Positions 47,594-58,700 of a DNA stretch of 64,000 nucleotides are shown piece by piece. Every line of letters begins with the position of its first letter. The stretch's first letter is position 1. This stretch comes from Octopus vulgaris (lineage: Eukaryota), in the NCBI GenBank assembly GCA_951406725.2, contig OX597815.1:63488001-63552000 (forward strand), given 5' to 3'. Under the pieces are notes generated by a model. It had not been told where the DNA came from, did no database searches, and worked only from the letters and a program-made list of their open reading frames with translations. Made by a program: the position numbers and the translations under genes.

Positions 47594-50500
47594 ATGGACT
47601 ACATTTATGTTGGTTGTTTAAATGTGCGCGGCCTGGGATCAAGCGGGAAGCAAGGTCGCTTCCTTAATGATATCAGGTCGCGCAATTTGGATGTTATTGT
47701 TGCTACAGAAACCCGGTTAAAGGGGCCAAGAGGTCTACTCCCACTGTTTGACGGCTACGAGAGTTTTTTCTCTCCGGCCAGTCCTACAGGCGGGGGTGGG
47801 GTGTTGGTCCTATTAAAAAGAAACCGGGTTTTTGAGAAAAAGTTAATTTTTTCAGACCCAGAAGGTAGGCTGGTCGTCATGGATTTGACGTTCAGTAACG
47901 GTAAAGTTATCAGACTGGTTGCAATTTACGCACCCAACAGTAAAAAAGGGCAAAGTGATTATTTTCGTGATCTAGAAAACTTTCTCGGTACTTCGCATTC
48001 ATTAGTTGTGCTAGGAGACTTTAACACAATTTGCAAAGCGGATGTAGATTGTGTTGGCTCGAATGCAGATAGAAAAGGTAACTCATGCTTCCTGGAACTG
48101 CTAAGCCGCTTTGAGCTAGCAGATCCTTATAGGTTGGAATTTCCGAACGCTCCATTGTGGACATGGTCAAACAGCGACGGATCTTCCAGGTCATACATAG
48201 ATAGAATTCTAATTAGAAAGGTAGACAGTAAAATAGCTAAGTGTCCACAGTTTTACCCGATCAGCTACAGTGATCATAAAATGGTCACTTGTAAGCTTGA
48301 CATAGATAAGGTTAGAAATAGAGGATCCGGTTACTGGAAACTTAATACGTCCCTTTTGGCGATTAAGGAGTACAGAGACCGGATTAGGACCATAATTCAG
48401 AGGGCGCTGTCTGGTGCCATCATTAATAACAAATGGTGGTACGCCCTCAAACGAGCCATCAAGTTTGAGTCTATTAGATATAGCATAGGAGTAGTGTCTA
48501 GAGAGGCTAGAAGGGAAACTACTCTAGTTAAGGAATTAGAGGAAGCCATGAAAACTGGCTCTGCGGCTCAGGTGGCGTCCAAGAGACTGGTGTTAAACCA
48601 GCACCTCGAGGCCAAACACATGGGCTGCATTGTCAGGGCCAGAATCCGTCATATGGGATGTGAAGGAATCAACGCCGTGAGATGGGCCCGAGTGGTGGAA
48701 GCCCGGAATGGCAACGATGCCACGATTCGATCTTTGAAGAACCAACAAGGTGAGTTGATAGACGAACCCGAGGAGATGTGTGAGGCCTTTCAGGAGCACT
48801 TCGCTCAGCTTTTCGGTGAGTGCGGCGGGCTGGATAGGAGGAGGGCCTTTACGGACCTACTCGACGGGCTGCCGCGCTTATCGGGGCGAGATGCGGAGGG
48901 CTGTGAAGGGCCAATCACGCCTGAGGAGGTGGTGGAGGCAATGGCGGACTGCGGCGCGGGCAAGGCGCCGGGTTTGGATGGTCTACCCTACGAGTTATAT
49001 AAGAGTATGCCAGACTTGTTCGGGCACCTACTGGCGGAGGTCTATGCGAACTGGCAGCAGAACGGGCTTATACCCAGATCTGTGCGCCGGGGAGTGGTGA
49101 CTCTCGTCAGAAAGGACCCGAGCAAGGGGGAGTGCATTGATAATTTCAGGCCCATCACTCTGCTAAACACAGAGTTGAAGATTTTGGCCAAAGTGTTATC
49201 GAAAAGATTGGCGCGTGTCGCGGATGGTCTGATCGGAGAGGCACAGACATGTGCCGTTCCGGGCAGATCCATTCAGGATAATCTCCATCTAATGCGGTAC
49301 ACTATAGAGGGGTTTAATAAAGATTCTGGCAAGGGTGGGGTACTGGTCCATTTAGACCAATCTAAAGCCTTTGATAGGGTCGACCATCGTTACCTGGTAT
49401 CTGCCCTGGCACAGTTCGGGCTGAGCCTTGGCTTCCTCAGGTGGATTATCCAAATTTACGACAACATCGACTCGGTAGTTCGGGTGAACGGCTTCTTGTC
49501 GAAGCCGTTCAAAATCAAACGCTCGGTTCTTCAAGGGTGTCCGCTCTCCCCGCTTTTGTATGTGATGGCTCTTGAGCCATTACTGCGAAAACTGAGCGGC
49601 ATCCCGAGACAGCCAGGTAATGGAAAATCAGTGTCAGCGTACGCGGACGACATCACCATCATCGTGACCGAAATGGACCACCTATGTAAAGTAGGCAAGG
49701 CCATAGAGGTTTACGAGACGGTGACAGGAGCAAAAGTTAATCGCGAAAAGTCAGTCGGCTTGCAACTAGGCACCTGGAGAGGCAAGTCGATGCCTCCTGA
49801 CAGCGTCGTGGGACGTTGGACGGAGGGTCCGATTAAACTGCTAGGGGTCTGGTTCGGTCCAGACCTCCAAATAGAGAAGAATTGGGGCGAGGTAACGAGC
49901 AAGGTGGCTGCAGTAGCCAAGACCTGGTCTTGGCGGTGGCTATCCTTGAAAGGGAGGGCGGAGGTGGCCAATGTGTTTATCGCATCGGTTATCACCTACC
50001 GCCTTTCCGTCGTTCCTTGCCCCGATTCGTGGTTGACCAAGTTGGAAAGACAGCTCTTCTACTTCTTGTGGAAGGGTAGGAAACCACTTGTGAAACGCTC
50101 TACTTGCTGTCAACAACCGTTAAAGGGTGGGCTAGGGATGCCTTGGCTGATGATGCGCAGACATGCGCTGAGGTTAAGACATCTGTGGCTCTACCTGGAT
50201 GGTGAACGGGTGTGGTCTCCGTTAGCAAAACTGATGTTTCCCAAGTTCACTAGTTTCGGTGGACGGGAAACCTGGCCGAATCGTAGATCGAAACTTGGTA
50301 CATGGCATACGGAGTGTCGCAAGGCTCTCCTGCTATTCCGTCGCTCGGGCAACGCCTGCGGTGGGGGTTCCACCACATTCTTCTATAGAGGGTTGGTAGA
50401 GGCGAAATGTGAAGACACCTTGGGGGAAACCCTGGGTCTCGACGATAATCAGCTGGCCAGTCTGTTCCGACGTACGTTCGAGCCGAAGACACTGGACAAC

Positions 50501-50992
50501 TTCCAGAAGTCTCTGGCATGGCAATGCTACAGAGGAGCTCTACCTGTTCGGGATAAACTCGCAAGGCATGGTGGCCAAGACAGTCCGATGTGTCCAAGAT
50601 GCGGGCGGGATAGGGAAACCGTCCTGCACGCTATTGTTCATTGTTCGGTCGTGTCTGAGGTGTGGGTTTATGCCGAACAGCTGTTGTCAAGCACACGAAG
50701 AGTACAGCTGTCGACTGAGTGTATTAAAAAAATTGACCCACCAGATTTCCTCGCGAAAGAAGGTAAGAATTGTTTTCTCGTTGTGGTTGCAATTGCGAAA
50801 GAGGTGATATGGAAGACGAGAATGAAAGGTATACGGTCAGGTAAGTTCATATCCGGCCCTGGGTTGATGAATTACTTCATCTACCACCTGAAAAGGAAGA
50901 TAGGGCTGGAGAGAAAATGCCTGACTAAAAGAGTGTATGAAGAACGATGGAAGGATGTAGCACGGAAGTTGAGAATGGATGACACCACATAA
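47594..50992 (+). CDS. LINE ORF2: APE endonuclease, reverse transcriptase, C-terminal zinc finger (1132 aa)
   Basis: LNVRGL, IYAPN, LGDFN, YIDRIL, SDH (APE); YWKLN; PGLDG, FRPITLLN, LDQSKAFDRV, QGCPLSP, YADD (RT); CPRC..ETVLHAIVHC. Confidence 0.96.
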   Translation: MDYIYVGCLNVRGLGSSGKQGRFLNDIRSRNLDVIVATETRLKGPRGLLPLFDGYESFFSPASPTGGGGVLVLLKRNRVFEKKLIFSDPEGRLVVMDLTFSNGKVIRLVAIYAPNSKKGQSDYFRDLENFLGTSHSLVVLGDFNTICKADVDCVGSNADRKGNSCFLELLSRFELADPYRLEFPNAPLWTWSNSDGSSRSYIDRILIRKVDSKIAKCPQFYPISYSDHKMVTCKLDIDKVRNRGSGYWKLNTSLLAIKEYRDRIRTIIQRALSGAIINNKWWYALKRAIKFESIRYSIGVVSREARRETTLVKELEEAMKTGSAAQVASKRLVLNQHLEAKHMGCIVRARIRHMGCEGINAVRWARVVEARNGNDATIRSLKNQQGELIDEPEEMCEAFQEHFAQLFGECGGLDRRRAFTDLLDGLPRLSGRDAEGCEGPITPEEVVEAMADCGAGKAPGLDGLPYELYKSMPDLFGHLLAEVYANWQQNGLIPRSVRRGVVTLVRKDPSKGECIDNFRPITLLNTELKILAKVLSKRLARVADGLIGEAQTCAVPGRSIQDNLHLMRYTIEGFNKDSGKGGVLVHLDQSKAFDRVDHRYLVSALAQFGLSLGFLRWIIQIYDNIDSVVRVNGFLSKPFKIKRSVLQGCPLSPLLYVMALEPLLRKLSGIPRQPGNGKSVSAYADDITIIVTEMDHLCKVGKAIEVYETVTGAKVNREKSVGLQLGTWRGKSMPPDSVVGRWTEGPIKLLGVWFGPDLQIEKNWGEVTSKVAAVAKTWSWRWLSLKGRAEVANVFIASVITYRLSVVPCPDSWLTKLERQLFYFLWKGRKPLVKRSTCCQQPLKGGLGMPWLMMRRHALRLRHLWLYLDGERVWSPLAKLMFPKFTSFGGRETWPNRRSKLGTWHTECRKALLLFRRSGNACGGGSTTFFYRGLVEAKCEDTLGETLGLDDNQLASLFRRTFEPKTLDNFQKSLAWQCYRGALPVRDKLARHGGQDSPMCPRCGRDRETVLHAIVHCSVVSEVWVYAEQLLSSTRRVQLSTECIKKIDPPDFLAKEGKNCFLVVVAIAKEVIWKTRMKGIRSGKFISGPGLMNYFIYHLKRKIGLERKCLTKRVYEERWKDVARKLRMDDTT

Positions 50993-51278
50993 ATGTAAAT
51001 CAGAACGAAACCAAAAGTATCAGTGGTGAGGCGGGGCTCGTGGGGTCCGAGCTGAACCCGCCCCCACTCCACCTGTAATGTCTTCCGGTCTGTTTTTTCA
51101 TTCGATTTTATAATTTTTGCATTTTTGTGAATTTTTTGAATTTTTAATCTCATCCTTTTTGTAACCCCATCCGAGAATCTGACCCCACATCAGGTTGTAT
51201 TGTCCCCTCCTTGTTGGCCCCTTGTGGGTAATAATAAAACAGCTACGTAAGGTTGGTAGTTTATTTATGATGTGTTCA

Positions 51279-51347
51279 GAATCAGTTCTGCTGACGATCA
51301 TTAGACGTAAGTTGAATGTGAAATCACGGTGATACAGAACTAAATTC
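51279..51347 (+). ncRNA. Type I hammerhead ribozyme
   Basis: Stem I AGTTCTG/CAGAACT (extended GAAT/ATTC), core CTGACGA 51291-51297, stem II CATT-A-GAC-GTAA-GTT-G-AATG with GNRA loop, GAAA 51320-51323, stem III ATCAC-G-GTGAT, cleavage triplet AUA (after 51334); atypical U-U at base of stem II. Confidence 0.82.
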
Positions 51348-51759
51348 ATTTTTTAAATGTCTTGCTTTGAAAAACTGCATTTGGGTATGATTAGTATAAT
51401 TTTGGTAGTAATGACTTTGTCCCTCCTAGTGTGAGGCATTTATGTGTAATAATGCCCTCTATACAATATAGATATAATTAATTTGTTCAAAAGAAAAAAA
51501 TTATTTTCGGATTCTTTTCTTTTATGAGGTTTTCACGCTAGCTACCCGATAATTTCTTGTTAAGATCCCTTATTAAGAGATTATCCTTAATTGTTAAACT
51601 TATTCCGAAATACTTTTCATTACCCGACATGCAGTTCGTAAAAAGCCCGCCATTTACCGGATATATGATTTATAAACATTCCATGTGCTTGGCCGGAGGT
51701 GAGCAGTTGTCTGTTCGTCTTCGCTACGTAAGGTTGGTAGTTTATTTATGATGTGTTCA

Positions 51760-51828
51760 GAATCAGTTCTGCTGACGATCATTAGACGTAAGTTGAATGT
51801 GAAATCACGGTGATACAGAACTAAATTC
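51760..51828 (+). ncRNA. Type I hammerhead ribozyme
   Basis: Identical to 51279-51347. Confidence 0.8.
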
Positions 51829-52199
51829 ATTTTTTAAATGTCTTGCTTTGAAAAACTGCATTTGGGTATGATTAGTATAATTTTGGTAGTAATGACTTTG
51901 TCCCTCCTAGTGTGAGGCATTTATGTGTAATAATGCCCTCTATACAATATAGATATAATTAATTTGTTCAAAAGAAAAAAATTATTTTCGGATTCTTTTC
52001 TTTTATGAGGTTTTCACGCTAGCTACCCGATAATTTCTTGTTAAGATCCCTTATTAAGAGATTATCCTTAATTGTTAAACTTATATATATATATATATAT
52101 ACATGCTCGAATCAAGTGGTCCTGGTCCATTTTGGACATTACTCTGATTATGCCAGCTTTCGAAGAATCTTTGGTGTTATGGGCGTGTTCATTGACCTC

Positions 52200-52935
52200 T
52201 CTTTCAACAATGCTCCACATGTAATAGTCTAATGGATTGAGACCTGTGTAATTAGGACATCAAATGTTATGTGATCATGAAAATTTCCAGCATGTTTGAT
52301 AGTGCAGAGTCTTACTGAGACACATGTGATCTTCCATTGCATACACTGCTTATATAGGGCTTAACAATTACTTCCAGAACCTCAATGTAGGCAGCAGAGT
52401 TAAGTCTAAGGCCTTGTAGAAAGAAGTAAGGATGCACCACATGTCCTTTATTACTGACAATCCCTAAAACCATTATAGTTGCAACAAATTTTGGATGCAT
52501 AACACTTGGAACTTCAGAAGGGTCTGCCCATAACCATTTAGCATTTCTTCTGTTAACTCTTTGATCTTGGTCAAAGTTCTTCTCGTTTGAGAAAAAACTA
52601 AATCAAATCTTCTGCTTGATTTTTCAGTTTGTTTAAGACCCTTTTAGATCTGATGTAGTGATTTATTTTCTTTCGTTTTTCTGACAAATTGACCTTTCCT
52701 CATCATATGACTTATATTTTTATATCTGATGTCTTCGTGGACAACATTTCTGACTGTTCCTTCTGACACATGGAGATCTGTTGCAATTGACCTCGTGGAC
52801 ATTTCTGGGATTCTAATCAAGGGTCTGTTGAACTTACTGGCTAAATTCAGGTGCTCTGATGATTTCAGAGCATTTAGAATGTTTTTTATACTTTGATATT
52901 GGTGATAATCCACTCACAGCTCTTTGGGACATATG
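52200..52935 (-). mobile_element. Tc1/mariner (maT/DD37D-like) transposase remnant
   Basis: HPKFVATIMVLGIVSNKGHVVHPYFFLQGLRLNSAAYIEVLEVIVKPYI and HTH-like SIATDLHVSEGTVRNVVHEDI. Confidence 0.75.
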
Positions 52936-52980
52936 TATATATATATGTATGTGTATATATATGCATATATATATATGTTT

Positions 52981-53045
<65 letters not shown>

Positions 53046-53108
53046 GTATGTATGAATATATATGTATGTATATATATATATATGTATGTATATATATATA
53101 TATGTATA

Positions 53109-53480
53109 CTAACAGTATCGCCTGGCGTTGCTCGGGTTTGTTTCGACCCGCTGGAATTGGAATTTTTGAAAAGTAAAAATTTTGTTATTCTCTTCAAGTG
53201 ACCATTTTCTGGTTGAAATACACCGAAAAGTGGCGACACAGCAGTGAAAAAATCGTAAAAAATAGGGATTTTCATAGAAAAAAGCACCTTTTTGATATAA
53301 ATACTTTTTGGTGTTAACATGGTCCGATTTGAATTTTATCTTCTACGGAAGGAAGAGCAACCCTTCTTCTATCATACTCTCAATTTTGGTCAACTTGCGC
53401 CGCAGGGTCTCGGAGGAGATAATGTTAGTTGAAGGTTACCAAACCTGGCGCACACAGACAACTTCAGCTTTATATAGAGA
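53109..53480 (-). mobile_element. Non-autonomous Helitron (same family as 33346-33673)
   Basis: Reverse complement match including both termini. Confidence 0.8.
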
Positions 53481-53647
53481 TAACACACACACATTAATAC
53501 ACATACATACACACACACACGCACGCACACACACACACACACACACACATGTATGTATGTATGGATGTATGTATATATGTACATCTGTCCACTTCTTGCC
53601 ATATTTTTATCCTTCACCTCCTACACCCCCACACACACACACACACA

Positions 53648-53710
<63 letters not shown>

Positions 53711-54070
53711 TCTTAGCTTACAATTTCTTTCCTTCAACAATTGAGAACTGAAGTACGCTCGCAAATTAATACTACCAAAACTTAGCGACAGAAAGTAAAT
53801 TAAAAACCAATTTTAATTTATAAAATATAGAATGGAATGTACTTCGAAAAATCATAGGTAAATTCCAATTGAAGAAATTCTATATTGTACAATTGTATTA
53901 AAAACAAACTATGTGGGAGGCAGAGAAAATCTGCCTTTTATCATTAGAGATATATATGTGTGTATATATGTATATATATGTAGATATATATATATGTATC
54001 TATGTATATATGCATGTATGTATATGTATATATATATATGTATGTATATATATATATATATGTATGTATG

Positions 54071-54104
<34 letters not shown>

Positions 54105-54617
54105 TGTATGTATATATTTGCATGTATGTATGTATTTATAAATGCATATATGCAAATTTGTATAAAGAGAGTCAACATGAAGGAGTACGTTCAGACAGCT
54201 ATTTCATAAACACTGCACGTTTCGATACAACATAGATCCACATATACACAGGATTTAAATTGAGCAATGGTTTACTTGTATAATGGGATCCAGCTGTATC
54301 TCCTCAGGGGATATATAATCGCTGTCCCTGTAAGTAAATCTTTGACTTTGATGCTAACACATCCAACTAATTTTTACACATTTTAATTTTTCACACAGGC
54401 TGAATGCCTTAGCCTAGACTTCGAATGCTATCGGCTATTTGGTAATTCTATGGGTGAACGAGCTATATATATATATATATATATGTGTGTGTATATATAT
54501 ATGTGTGTGTGTGTGTCTGTGTGTGTGTATCTGTGTATCTGTGTATATATATAAGAGTATATATATGTGTGTATATATATATGTATATATATATGTGTGT
54601 GTATATGAATATGTATG

Positions 54618-54677
<60 letters not shown>

Positions 54678-54697
54678 TGTATGTATAGCTGTATATA

Positions 54698-54926
54698 TAG
54701 TGTTGTCCAAAAGTCACCTGACAGTAAATCCAAGCCATTTAATTCCAAGATTTTTTATGCTTAACAGCTGAATGAATTTAATTAAAGCATCTTAATATGA
54801 AACGTCACGATAATTGTGGAAACGGAAATCCTTGAGCGACTCATTTTTCTATTCGAGTTAATACAGAATTACAGATAGTATTTATGGAATTTTGATTTAT
54901 TTTTGGGTGACTTTTGGCCAGCCCTG
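54698..54926. mobile_element. MITE, Tc1/mariner-type TIRs
   Basis: tagtgttgtccaaaagtcacc ... ggtgacttttggccagccctg imperfect TIRs in TA-rich context. Confidence 0.6.
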
Positions 54927-55514
54927 TTTATATATGCATACATATCTTATATATTTATATATGATGTATATATTTATAGAAGAATGTATATACACTTTTT
55001 ATAAGTGTATATGTTCTGTATGTTTATATATACATTGGGTAAATGTGTGTGTGTGTGTCGTCGTTGTCGTAGTCACTGTCATCACTACTGGCTGCTGATT
55101 TGTTCAATCGTACGTTCAAATCACACTTCAAATCACTGGATTTTGTGAAAAACATCCATATGCAAAAATAATATTTTTTAACTGGCTATCATACCGGAAG
55201 TCTTCGAAGAATTTGAAAGGCTGCCATTACAAACGCCCGACAATTTTACAAGCTTTCTTTTCAGGCAATTTTTTTCTTTTTTTCATTTGTGTATAAAATA
55301 ACTCAACTGGAACGTTGCCGTTAATTCTGGTATCAATATGTCACACGGTGGTAAGTATTTTCCAGAATTTTACAAGACTCGGATGGCAAACCTGCTTCTT
55401 CAAACGCTATTATTCCATTGTATTAATCTCGTAATGTCTTTATCTTCAAGTTAAAAGAATCAATATGTACTAACTAAATCCAGTTCATTTTTGAAATCTT
55501 TATCCGAGGAAGGA

Positions 55515-55685
55515 ATAAGTCGATTACATTGACTTCCAGTTTCCAACTGGTACTTATTTTATAGACCCCAGAATGATGAAAGGCAAAGTCAACCTCGACA
55601 GAATTTGAACTAAAAACGTAAAGACGGACGAAATGTTGCTAAGCACTTTGCCTGGCGTGCTAAAGATTCGGCCAGCTCGCCGCCT
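55515..55685 (-). mobile_element. SINE family B
   Basis: Ends gccagctcgccgcc, the reverse complement of the family head. Confidence 0.75.
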
Positions 55686-55749
55686 TAAGGATATTATTAA
55701 TACATATTTGTGATAGGACATAAAATTTTGCATATGGGCCTTAAGAGTT

Positions 55750-58700
55750 AAGTAAAGAAATAATACAAGATGGCGAAAGAGATCAAGAAGTCCAAGCTCC
55801 AAGAGAAACGCCATATGTAGGTATCATGCAAAATTTAGAGACAAATCGTTCAAATGTATTAAGCCATGTGCATTCGATTTCCAAAACAGAAAAAAAGAAA
55901 AATTCGGGAAACTTCTCAACCACCGATTAGATGCGACTAAATCAGTGGATAACATCATTAAACATCGCGTGTTTTTTGTCTACGATCTGAACTCGAAAGA
56001 AAGGTTTTTAGTTGATACAGGAGCAGCTTGTTCAATTTGGCCTGTAAAGCTTTTAAAACAAAAACAAAAACCTGTTTATTTGACTCTTCAAACAGTTAAT
56101 CAATCTGAAATCCAAACATTTGGAGAGATTAGTTTAACTCTAAATGTAAATTTAAGAAGAGAGTATAAGTGGATCTTCATAGTAGCAGATTTGCCATACC
56201 CAATATTAGGAGCAGATTTTCTGGCACACTATCATTTAATGGTAGATGTAAAACAAAAACTGATAGACAAAGAAACTTCATTAAAAATTCAAGGAATGAG
56301 ATGCAGAAAAGCCACAGTTAGTCCATTGTATTTCATGGCGTCCTCAGAAAATCGTTATCACTGGATTTTGAAGGATTATCCGAATATCACGAAATAGTTA
56401 ACTCTAAATACCAAGTGTGTGCATTCGGTAAAACATCACATCGTCACACAAGGACCACCAAGTTTTTCTAAGCCGAGAAGATTATCTCCTGAAAAATTGA
56501 AGGTTGCTAAGGCCGAATTTCGTCATATGTTGGATCTCGGTATAATTCGTCCTTCCAGTAGTAGTTGGTCAACACCGTTAGTTATGGTAAAGAAGAATCT
56601 CATTGATTGGCGTCCTTGTGGTGATTTTAGGCAACTTAATTCAAAAACAAAAGCAGATAAATACCCAATTCCACACATTATGGATTTTGCAACTTCTTTG
56701 AGTGGTTGTACTATTTTTTTCAAAAATTGATTTAGTTAGAGCATACAATCAAATTCCTGTTGCAGAGAAAGATATACCGAAGACAGCGATTACCACTCCA
56801 TTCGGGTTATTTGAATTCCTTCGCATGCCTTTCGGATTGAGGAACGCAGCAAATACTTTTTCAAAGTAACAAGAAATTTACCTTTCGTATTTGCTTATAT
56901 AGATGATATTCTCATTGCTAGTCCATCAGAAGAAGCACATGAAGACCATTTAAAACAATTTTTCAAGAGGTTGACGAAATACGGCATTGTGATAAATCCA
57001 TCGAAGTGTATTTTTGGTGAACCCACTATATCTTCTCTGGGCCATCTTATTGATAAAGATGGAATTCAACTATTACCGGAAAAAGTGAAAGCTATTAAAA
57101 AATTTTCTGTACCGAAGACTTTAAGGAAGCTCAGAGAAATTTTAGGGATAGTAAATTTTTACAGAAAATTTATTCCTAAAGTCACTGAAATCCTATATCC
57201 CTTAACTGAGCTGTTGAAAAATAGAAGGAAGAAAAATGAATCCATAACTTTAAAAGAGAATGAATTACAAGCTTTTAAAAAAATAAAAGATAAACTATAC
57301 GAAGCAACACTTTTAAACCATCAGGTTCCTGAAGCAGAATTATCATTGATAGTTGATGCTTCTGATGTTGGAATCGGTGGCGTTCTACAGCAATTTCATT
57401 GTAATTCCTGGCAACCATTAGCTTTCTTTTCAAAAAAATTCAAGGCACCAGAAACGAAATACAGTGTTTTCGGCAGAGAACTGTTAGCAGCTTATTTGTC
57501 AATTAAACACTTCAGACATCTTATTGAAGGTAGGTCATTTACTTTATTTACTGACCATAAACCGTTAACATATCCATTAAAAAGTTCTTCGGAGAAATAT
57601 TCTCGTAGAGAAATAAGACACCTTGATTTTATTTCACAATTTACTGTGGATATACATTATATCAAGGGTGTTGAAATTTCAGCTGCAGATGCACTTTCTT
57701 GAATGATGCATTAAATTCACTAAACACTATAAATTTGGAAGAAATGTCTAAGGATCAAGTTGCGGATAAAGAATTTTCTTTATATAAAAATTCCAATTCA
57801 ACTTCTTTAAAATTTAAATTGTTGCCGATTCATTCGTGTAATTCACATATTTGATGTGATATTTCTACAGGTTTTTCGAGACCATTTGTGCCTGAAAAGC
57901 ATTGAAAATTTGTTTTTTTCTACCTTACATAATTTATCTATGGTATAGAAGCTTCATTGAAATTAATATCAAGTCGTTTTGTTGGACCTGGTATGCATAA
58001 AGATATTCGTTCCTGTGTCAAATCATGTATGCAGTGTCAAAAATCAAAAGTACATCGTCATATCAAAGCACCATTAGGTACATTTGCAAATCCAGATGCG
58101 AGATTCCAACATATCCACATTGATATAGTTGGACTCTTAACTCCATGTGAGGATAATATATATTTGTTGACGGGTATAGATCGCTTTTCGCGATGGCCGG
58201 AGGCTTATCCGATCAAGGACGTATCTTGAGTAACTATAGCAAAAACCTTATTTACCAATTGGATGTCGAGATTCGGCATACCAAACACAGTGACAACAGA
58301 TCGTGGTAGACAATTTGAGTCTAGCCTTTTTGCAGAATTGTTGGGGATTAATAGAATTCGTACAATTTCATATCACCCACAATCTAATGGCATGATAGAA
58401 AGTTTTCATAGGCAGTTGAAATCTTCATTAAGAACTTATTCTGATTCTAACAGTTGGTTAGAAGCCTTACCAGTGGTATTGTTAGGAATTAGAAGTGCTG
58501 TTAAAGAAAATTTACAATATTTACTCCTAGGCGTAGGAGTGGCTGTGTGGTAAGTAGCTTGTTTACCAACCACATGGTTCCGGGTTCAGTCCCACTGCGT
58601 GGCACCTTGGGCAAGTGTCTTCTACTATAGCCTCAGGCCGACCAAAGCCTTGTGAGTGGATTTGGTAGACGGAAACTGAAAGAAGCCCGTCGTATATATG

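Larger units (their letters stand above)
45956..51241 (+). mobile_element. Full-length intact Tx1/L1-clade LINE with 6-bp TSD GCTACG
   Basis: GCTACG at 45950-45955 and 51242-51247 reconstitutes the empty site ttcgctacgtaagg seen at 51720-51733; two uninterrupted ORFs; ends AATAAAACA with no poly(A). Confidence 0.93.
51242..52084 (+). repeat. Right arm of 480/481-bp repeat, part downstream of LINE
   Basis: 481-bp period (51242 repeats at 51723); ends in (TA)n. Confidence 0.95.

Noticed and set aside
44836-52084. Unit as snRNA, tRNA, 5S, snoRNA or miRNA gene array, or CRISPR-like array
   Set aside because: No recognisable sequence of those RNAs and no spacers; the long hairpin is explained by hammerhead stem I
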